Assembly: GCA_964304625.1 (NCBI GenBank)
Contig: OZ199839.1
Location: 10,961,186 to 11,025,185, forward strand
DNA from: Kudoa neothunni
Taxonomy: Eukaryota > Animalia > Cnidaria
Reading direction: 5' to 3'
DNA: 64,000 bases
Position numbers and translations under genes: made by a program
Part shown: in pieces, positions 55,236-64,000 of the stretch
How the letters are laid out: the number at the start of each line of letters is the position of its first letter
Numbering within the stretch: position 1 is the first letter of the stretch
Notes under the pieces: model-generated
What the model saw: only the letters and a program-made list of their open reading frames with translations
Told to the model about the DNA's origin: nothing
Database searches by the model: none

Positions 55236-56367
55236 TCATAGCTACTCCATGTATAAAGCAGAAGTGTTCGAGTGTCAGCAACTAAGCATACTAAGCATGT
55301 GCGTCAAAAAATTTTTCCATATAGAGAGATATTTATGAGGTTTTTTAAAAATCACAATGTTTCAAAATATCTTTAAATCATTTTCACATTACCAAATGTT
55401 CCCAGAAGTGTTTAGAAAATGAGGATTTTGTCGATTCAAAGTTAGTTAAACAGATTACTTGAGTTCAGGAATACAATTATCACCTGCTTGTGACCTGCTG
55501 ATGGTTGGTTGTAGTTAATTTTCCCCTTTATATGCTCTGTCAAATGTTGATTAACTGCTGCTATCTATCTTTATGTAGAAGGTTGGCGTTTGTGCAAATA
55601 CACTCCTTATTTGTGGAGTTTAATGTATTTGACTTGATAAACATATTTTCAAGGTTCTATTAATGGTTTTAGATATGATGGAAAATCTATGTGATTCATG
55701 AACAACGAATTGGTGGAGAACTTTAAAATTACATTGATTGAAGCATTATAATGGAAATACTGCGTCCGTAGATTTCATTGAAATCGTCCGTTAAGTTTAT
55801 CTTTCCGTGATTAAGTTCAATGAGGATGGTTGGACTTTTATTTCACCCAATTATTTAAATTTTTTATATTGAATTTGACGCGATTTATGGCTGTTTATGG
55901 GAAAAAGTGCGTTAAGCTTTTTCTGGGCCAAGAGATAATAATTTGAGTAATACAAATCAATTTTCGTATATTTTCTTCTATCTCTATATCGTTTTCTATT
56001 CATTTGTCTCCCGTAAACAGTGGTACACAAACTTTTTGAACCGGGCCAAAAATAACGTTCAGGGTAACATTTTAACGGGATTTAAATAATTCGGGAACGC
56101 AACAAAATACGACACTGACAAAAAATTATTTGGCGTTGGTGCCTGACCACGAAATTTTTAAATGAACGCCGGGATTGATACTTTCCTTCACAGAAATGGT
56201 CATAATTTAAATTCCGCTAATCCAAATCGTTGAAAGTATGTCACTTACAAAATTTTAGTGATTTTGTATCTATTGGTTAATTGGAAACTTCAATATATTA
56301 TTTGAATATTATTATGAAACGAATCTATGCGAAATCTCCCCAAACAACACTGGGCAGTTCGCGCAAG
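55236..56367 (+). repeat. Helitron-like interspersed repeat, copy C
   Basis: 5' end TAGCTACTCCATGTATAAAG. The 3' end CCCAAACAACACTGGGCAGTTCGCGCAAG|T resembles a Helitron subterminal hairpin plus CTRR end. Colinear with copy B. Confidence 0.65.
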
Positions 56368-56379
56368 TTAATGATACGT

Positions 56380-57190
56380 TTTGAGATCTGATGTATTTGA
56401 CCTTTAAATTTGCTCTCGTCCCAGAAAGGGATCTACCTTGGGAGTAACGGGTTGATAGGGGAAATCCTGACTCATCGATATACAACATTTCCGGATACCT
56501 AGGCTCAAATCTTATGAATTCGTTTACATAACTAAAAAATATTAGATAAAATATATAGGTCGCTCGGATCGTAATGATATTTTCCTAGCAGAATTCCTAT
56601 TGTAATGTGCGCCAAGAAAACCACAGTTCCGTAAATATACACAAAATATACGTAGGCGTAAAAACATAGGCGCTCCTTAATTAATTGTCTTAAACCTATC
56701 TATAGGCATCAACAATATTTTTTAAGGTATAATGAAACTCTTTCAGAACTCTATTAACAGTTTGACGAGAAGCGCAAAAAGAAAATTTTAGAAAATGCTT
56801 CTTTGATAACTGATTGAATGTCAGCGTACAGTTATCATCTACCTCTGCAAGTAAAAACTGTTGATACACTTCACTCAACAATGAACGACGATCTCCTACA
56901 GTTGCTAACCTTTGAAACGAGCCGGTGTCATTGAATCTCCTCACTTTTCTACTTATCGTAAATTCGGGAATGTTTAATGACTCGGAAAGTTGATAATTCG
57001 TCTCTTCAATCTTAATTATTTTAGTAGTCATTTAAAATTTGTGCTCATTTCGACGTGGTGAGCAATGTTAGCCCTATCTTTGGCACTAACAACCTCGTAT
57101 TTTCTCTTATTAGAATTACTATTTTCAATATGATCAGGCTTGCTGTTATGTGCTAACTGGAGAAAACGTGAAAATGCGCCTGCGATTTGC
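56380..57190 (-). mobile_element. Truncated IS630/Tc1-like transposase remnant
   Basis: HTH region LSESLNIPEFTISRKVRRFNDTG..EVDDNCTLTFNQL..ASRQTVNRVLKEFHYTLK, then the first catalytic motif LYIDESGFPLSTRYSQGRS at about 56485-56430. Confidence 0.75.
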
Positions 57191-57244
57191 ATCTTGATTG
57201 AACATGTTTGCATCATGATCGTGAAATACTGTATACTGTAGTCG

Positions 57245-57902
57245 TCTCCAGTGTGACTTGATTTCTAGCATCAATAAAGACTTGAAATATGTTTCCATCT
57301 TCATCGATTCCTCCAACTACCAACACATTTTGATTCACAAGCACTCTATCGCAATGGTATTTGCGCTTGCATGGAGGGATTCATCAATTTGCACGATATT
57401 ACCTGAACCATCAATTTAAGGATTTTCGATATTAAGATATTCCATGTAGATTTCACATATATAATTCTTGCAGTTGCAAACTGTTTCTCTTGAGTAGTAG
57501 ATCTTCAATTGCCGCATAATTTATCGTAATCCATATATATCGTTAACGTCTGCAAAAATTAGATCAAAAATTTTCCTTAACGTAAGGTTTGCCCTTTCAA
57601 AGGACGTCCCTCTTCTGAGTAATGTTTTTTATTACATTTATAACAGCAGAGTGTAAATGAGTCAATATTGCTTTCTGGTCTGAGTAGCATATCTGAATGG
57701 CAAGATTCATACGAACGAATTTTTGGCAATAAACCAAATCTCTGCAATAAGAATACTAATTTGGATTGATCCTATTTTAGAATGAAGACGCCTTCTATAA
57801 GGATATTATCAGTTGCGACCGTAGAATAATTCATTTTTTGGGAGGGGTGAAGGGATACGATCATCCCCAACTTTCGTCCCTATACCGTACCGTACTTTGG
57901 CC
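57245..57902 (-). mobile_element. Truncated Merlin (ISXO2/IS1595-like) element, 5' half
   Basis: Terminal GGCCAAAGTACGGTA (reverse strand from 57902) is related to the TIR at 60693. Fragments DGSGNIVQIDES, KRKYH and VVGGIDE. Confidence 0.75.
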
Positions 57903-58018
57903 CATTTATTAAACCTGACAATAGATAACTTTATTAGTTACGGAGATATTATTTGCCGTGGAATAGCCAGTCTCTTGATGGAATTAAAAGGATCCATGAG
58001 AAAAACCACTGCCATTTT

Positions 58019-59790
58019 TTAAATCCCTTGGACTTTCGATTTAGTTTCGATGGGTTTAGAACACATCGACCTAAGGTGGAAACTAAATTCATATCTGTGT
58101 TCTTTTTTAAGTTTATTACAACTGGGGCGTAATATTTCTTCGCTGTAAAATTTCATTAAATCCGCAAAAACGATGGATTCATTCATGTTTCCATCGAGAG
58201 TGTCATGGTCATGCGAAAATTTGGAAGATGTGTCCTCAATGCTTTGTAATTCGGTGGGGTTGTAGTAACATGGATTCTCATATTTTTGATTCCACGAGTC
58301 TATTTCATTTTCTTTATTTATCATGTCACATAATTCCGACTTGCAGACATCTGTAGTTAGTTCCTTGAGTAACTCTTCCATATCGCACTCAATGTCGTCT
58401 TTAAATTGATGTGAAAAATTGGTCATCCGAATTCCTCTTATTGTAGTTTTGTCCATTGTTGAGAATGAAGGAAAACCGTTGGTTGAAATGATAATCTTTG
58501 CTTTATTAACAAATGATACAATTTCATTGGAGCAAAACATTCTGAAAGAAACCACAGCTCCATTTAAATATAAATTTAGTAACATTAACAAATATTAATA
58601 TCTGATGATGTTTGTATTATTCCGGAATTGAGCTAGTCTCCCTTTTTTTTATCTACTGTCGCAATTTTTTTGTTGAGAAATGATGCAATTCTCGGATCCA
58701 TATCATGCATAGTATTTTCAATGTTTTTGTTGAACATGAGCACTCCTGATAAGGTTGAATAGTTAAAATTTCCGAAGAATCTTTCTATTATTTTTATTAG
58801 CGTTGTTTTACCATTTCTTCCAGTGGGACCACACAGAAAGGGAATGGTTTGTAATATGGGCGTAAATAGAGCCTATCTCAAAGACGCCAATAATATTTTT
58901 GTCAGTCATCTCCAAGCAATTTATTTAGAAATTCTTTTATTTTGTTCGTGATAGAATTGGGATAATTGTTGAAAGGAAACGCATAAAGAGATAGGTCCTG
59001 TTTGATTTTGATGCGAAAGATGTTGGTGGAAACTTCGTAGATTAAATTTTTGAAATGTATATTAATTTGTAATGTTTCGATATTTTTGAATGATTTGAGA
59101 TACAGATGCTTAATAATTAAGGAGTCTTGTACATTGTCTGAATGAGTAGTTTCCTTACACTTTTTTGAAAAATTAAGGATTAGATTGAGTGAGGGATTAC
59201 GATTCATAGAATTTTTAGTTTCTTTTAACATGATGAGAAATAAATTTCCTTATTTGTTTACGTATGTACATATACATATAATGAATCATTGATATTTTTA
59301 TTGGGGATTTTGTTCCAATTATTCTCTATTATTATAACCATATCACTCATTGGATTTCTCAATGAGAATATAATCACGCAAGGGAGTGAACTCCATGATG
59401 ATTTCCAACCATGTGGCAAATATTGGAATGTTTATAAATTCTTTGATATTTTGTCTAATTAAATGAGTTATTTTGTTGGTCATTTCAGGAATAAATCTTT
59501 CTAAAGGTTCGTTTAATGGAATTTCTTTATTTGTTCCAGTATTTAAAGTTGGTATGTCTATTATAAAATAAATTAGGGTGTTTGTAAAGAATAATTTGAA
59601 TCGTGAGTATTGAGCTCAAACAATTCAATGAGGTTGGGATAGAATATTGTTTTTATTTTTGGTTTTAACAAATTACATGATTTGTCGCCGATTTCTTCTA
59701 GATTGGGTTTATTATGGGCGAACTTTTATTGTCTATGTCAAAGAAAGGTATTACTGGTTTATCACCATGGATATATTCCATAACAATAAA
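58019..59790 (-). pseudogene. Decayed D5/P4-family primase-SF3 helicase (viral or Polinton-like origin)
   Basis: D5_N-like IHFKNLIYEVSTNIFR, Walker A FLCGPTGRNGKTTL (58830-58800), PRIASFLNKKI, and motif C AKIIISTNGFPSF..DKTTIRGIRMTNFSHQF. No introns; several stops and frameshifts. The 5' boundary is uncertain. Confidence 0.75.
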
Positions 59791-60399
59791 TTTTTTTCAA
59801 TTTTTAAGTAATGCATCACACAGTAAGGTCTCGATATTGTGTATTGAATCCGGGACCTGAGCTTTCACCAGACAATGTCGAGTTTTTGCGAACGCGCAAT
59901 ATGAATAAATTTTTTGTTTTTTTAAACAGAAATGATTTCATGTGGATGTATTATTTAATTAAGAATGTGAAAGAATTCGATCCAGCAGTACGCGAACTTA
60001 TTGATCAAGAGTTTAAAATATCAAAAAGATAGTTGAAGATGTTCAATCATTTTTTGATCGTAATATTTAATAGGAAAATCATTGCTTCTTTCAAAACAGT
60101 TTGTCTCGTTGAATTTACCAATGACAAGATGTAAAAAATTTCCCCAAATAAATTAAGCAGTCTATAATATATAATGCGATAATATTTTTTTGATGATTTC
60201 ATTTTTGTTTTATTTTGTTCTTTATTTCATCTGTTCGTTGATTTTATTCTTCATAAGAAAGGGCGATTCGTCAAGATTTAATGTGTTTTCCTTTTCACAT
60301 CTACTTGTTACCTCATAAAATTTATTTATCTAATCAGAAACAATATTCACGTCAACACTCGATTCTTCTCCATAGAGAGTGTAATTTTTCAAATTAAAA

Positions 60400-60500
60400 A
60401 CCTATCTTAAAATTTCAACGCAATCTTTGTCTCGACTGAAACCAGTGATTTTAAGGTCATCAGCAAAAAGTTTTGTCTTTCGGTGATCAAAAACTCTAAA
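60400..60500 (-). mobile_element. Non-LTR retrotransposon reverse transcriptase fragment
   Basis: TKLFADDLKI, a YADD-box variant typical of CR1/L2/Jockey-group RTs. Confidence 0.5.
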
Positions 60501-60692
60501 ATATTTTTTTTTATTTTCTTACATTATCCGGTCATATGACTCAATTTAAAGTTGGACACATTTTGCATTTTAAATCCTATTATTGGGTAGAAGCAACATT
60601 GGTATTCATTATATCAGATTTGTTAAACGAAATTCTATTTAGAGAAGAATAACCTATTCTAATTTGAATTAAACTCATAATAACAGAATGCA

Positions 60693-61696
60693 GGCTAAAG
60701 TACGGTATAGTGGGTCGGATTCAGGCATTTTTGTCGTCCGTAGGATGAAAAATATTAATTTTGTAAATAACGACAATAATAACAAATTCTAGTGTAAATA
60801 TATTTCGTTAATTGTTTTTATATACATAGAAAATCGATCATCTTAAAAAAAATTTTTAAGATGATAAGGAGATAAATACGATATCATCAAGTCTGACACC
60901 TTATTGGTTATGTGGCGGAACTTTCTTTTGATTGCTCCCCAAATAGTCTCGATCTTATTTGTGTGCATCCCATCAACGGTTTTGAATTCAATAATGTGGT
61001 TTACAGACTCGTGCACGTAGCCCAAAGACTCAAGGGAGTTATAGTCACCCCATTTGTCGGTTCATATTGAGTCATTATTAAGTCTAATGTAGACCGATTT
61101 CTTATTTCGGCCAATACTGGAAAAATGTTGTTGTTTTCATCAACACATTCTGATTCACTAGCACTCATCATCGGTGATATTTTCTCTTGCATATGTTCGA
61201 TTCGTCAATCTGAACAATAACATTTTCACCTCCACAATCACGCGATTTAAATTGAAATATTCTATGTAGATCTCTCTCACATAGATTTTCAACTAACTAT
61301 TGTTTCATGAGCATGTTATATAACATTTGAATGTCAAAAACATCAAAATATATTAGCATAAATATTTTACATAACGATAACTTGGAACCTTCAAAAAAAG
61401 TTAACTTTGCGAAGGCTTAATCTTCTTCGACATCTATTACATCTTAAGTCATATCCATCAATTACTTGATCGTTTTGTGGGCTCATCTGTAAATTATATT
61501 TTTCACAAATCCGCTCCTTTGGGAGCAGTCCTAAATTTTGTAAAAAACATGAATTTTTCGTGATCTCTCCTCAATAAATATATATCTTCCAGAACCATTG
61601 AATCAACGTTGGGGAGGGAAAAATTCATGACTGTTGATGTAATCGCGAAGATTGCGCTAACAGTCCGAAGCCGACCCACAATACCGTACTTTAGCC
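60693..61696 (-). mobile_element. Merlin DNA transposon (1004 bp) with decayed ISXO2-like transposase
   Basis: 26-bp TIRs GGCTAAAGTACGGTAT(A/T)GTGGGTCGG and a 9-bp TSD CAGAATGCA/CGGAATGCA. Motifs CGGENVIVQIDES and GYVHESVNH..F...DGMHTNKIETIWGAIKR. Confidence 0.92.
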
Positions 61697-62630
61697 CGGA
61701 ATGCATAATATTCTATGGCGCTTTAGAGTTATTTACGGAGATTTCAGATTTATTTAATTGAATAATTTCGATTTTTATCAAAATTTTGTCAAATCTTATT
61801 TCATATTTTTTTAATAACGTTAAAATAATAGATTATATACATCGAAAACTGTACGATATTGAGAACAGAGGTTTTAAAAAATGCTTACTAGCCTAATATC
61901 GAACCTCATATTATCGAGACCTTACTGTACGTTGTAAATGCTTCATACCCACCATAATGATTTATTGCGGAATTAATTTTCCCTGTAGAAAGAGCTTTTG
62001 ATTTTTACACTAAAATATAGATATCATATTGTATATTTCATATATAACTAAAATATTAATCATCATAATACGATTATGTTACGAGGCAGCATTAAATTGT
62101 TTTACTTTACCAATAGCGCTTAAAATATTGTTATATGTGTTACTTAAAATATAACCAATTACATTTAATCGCAATCTTAAATTCGAAGACAAAAAATTTA
62201 TAAATATAAAAAAAATACATACTTTAAAAAATTTTATAAAACGTAAAAAAACGAGAATAAATAAATAAACTAAATAATCGGCATCCCTAAACGCAATAAT
62301 TAAAATAAATTACAACCATAAGTGTAATTAATTGAGATAATATAACTCAATATTTGGAATTATTAACATTAATTTCTAAACAATAATTGTATACATTATT
62401 TTTCAAATAAACAGTTAAAAAATTGAAACGAATAAGTTTGAGGTTAGCACACCATGAATAGGTAAGAAAGCGACTAGTCTTTTAATTAGAAACAGTTTAG
62501 TTTATCCGACACAAAAATAAAACATAGTGATTCAGATAATGTTGTAAATAGTGTTAATTAAATTGGGGGAATCACAATGTTAGTGATACTGACAGATGCA
62601 TAAGAGCAAAACCAGCATGAACAACTACAA

Positions 62631-64000
<1,370 letters not shown>

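Larger units (their letters stand above)
59821..61927. mobile_element. Non-autonomous pogo/Tc1-type element hosting a Merlin insertion and a LINE fragment
   Basis: Perfect 16-bp TIR CAGTAAGGTCTCGATA at 59821 and, in reverse, ending at 61927. TA on the right flank, CA on the left. Confidence 0.75.

Noticed and set aside
59811-60032. 73-aa ORF divergent from the D5 helicase as a second viral gene
   Set aside because: It begins across the TIR of the pogo-type element at 59821 and lies inside that element.
57245-61696. Composite Merlin transposon carrying the D5 helicase
   Set aside because: The right Merlin has its own TSD and sits inside another element, and the left one lacks its outer end. 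Independent insertions are more parsimonious.

Overview
AT-rich eukaryotic nuclear DNA from a highly divergent animal. Genes have many short GT-AG introns (about 35-70 nt) and are separated by blocks of nested, decayed DNA transposons. The gene set (POMGNT1, a CNC-bZIP factor, a DSL ligand, ZnT1) is metazoan. The strong divergence and tiny introns would fit a reduced parasite such as a myxozoan, but that is inference only. Spliced genes reconstructed by hand: CCDC174 (3' part), EIF2S3, ZMAT2 head-to-head with U2SURP, an Nrf1/SKN-1A-like CNC-bZIP factor, a secreted five-Kunitz protein, a KANSL2/INO80D-like gene, POMGNT1, a DSL-EGF-TM Notch-ligand-like gene absent from the ORF track, RagA/B, SLC30A1-like, and GALE (runs off the right edge). 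Mobile DNA includes a full-length dead piggyBac, Merlin elements (one with TIRs and a 9-bp TSD), pogo/Tc1-type, hAT and Mutator remnants, a three-copy Helitron-like repeat carrying a decayed ORF, and an intronless D5-like primase-helicase remnant of probable viral or Polinton-like origin. Several conserved genes show single-base indels at short homopolymers, most likely long-read assembly errors. All homology calls come from recalled motifs, not database searches. Coordinates of degenerate repeats are approximate.
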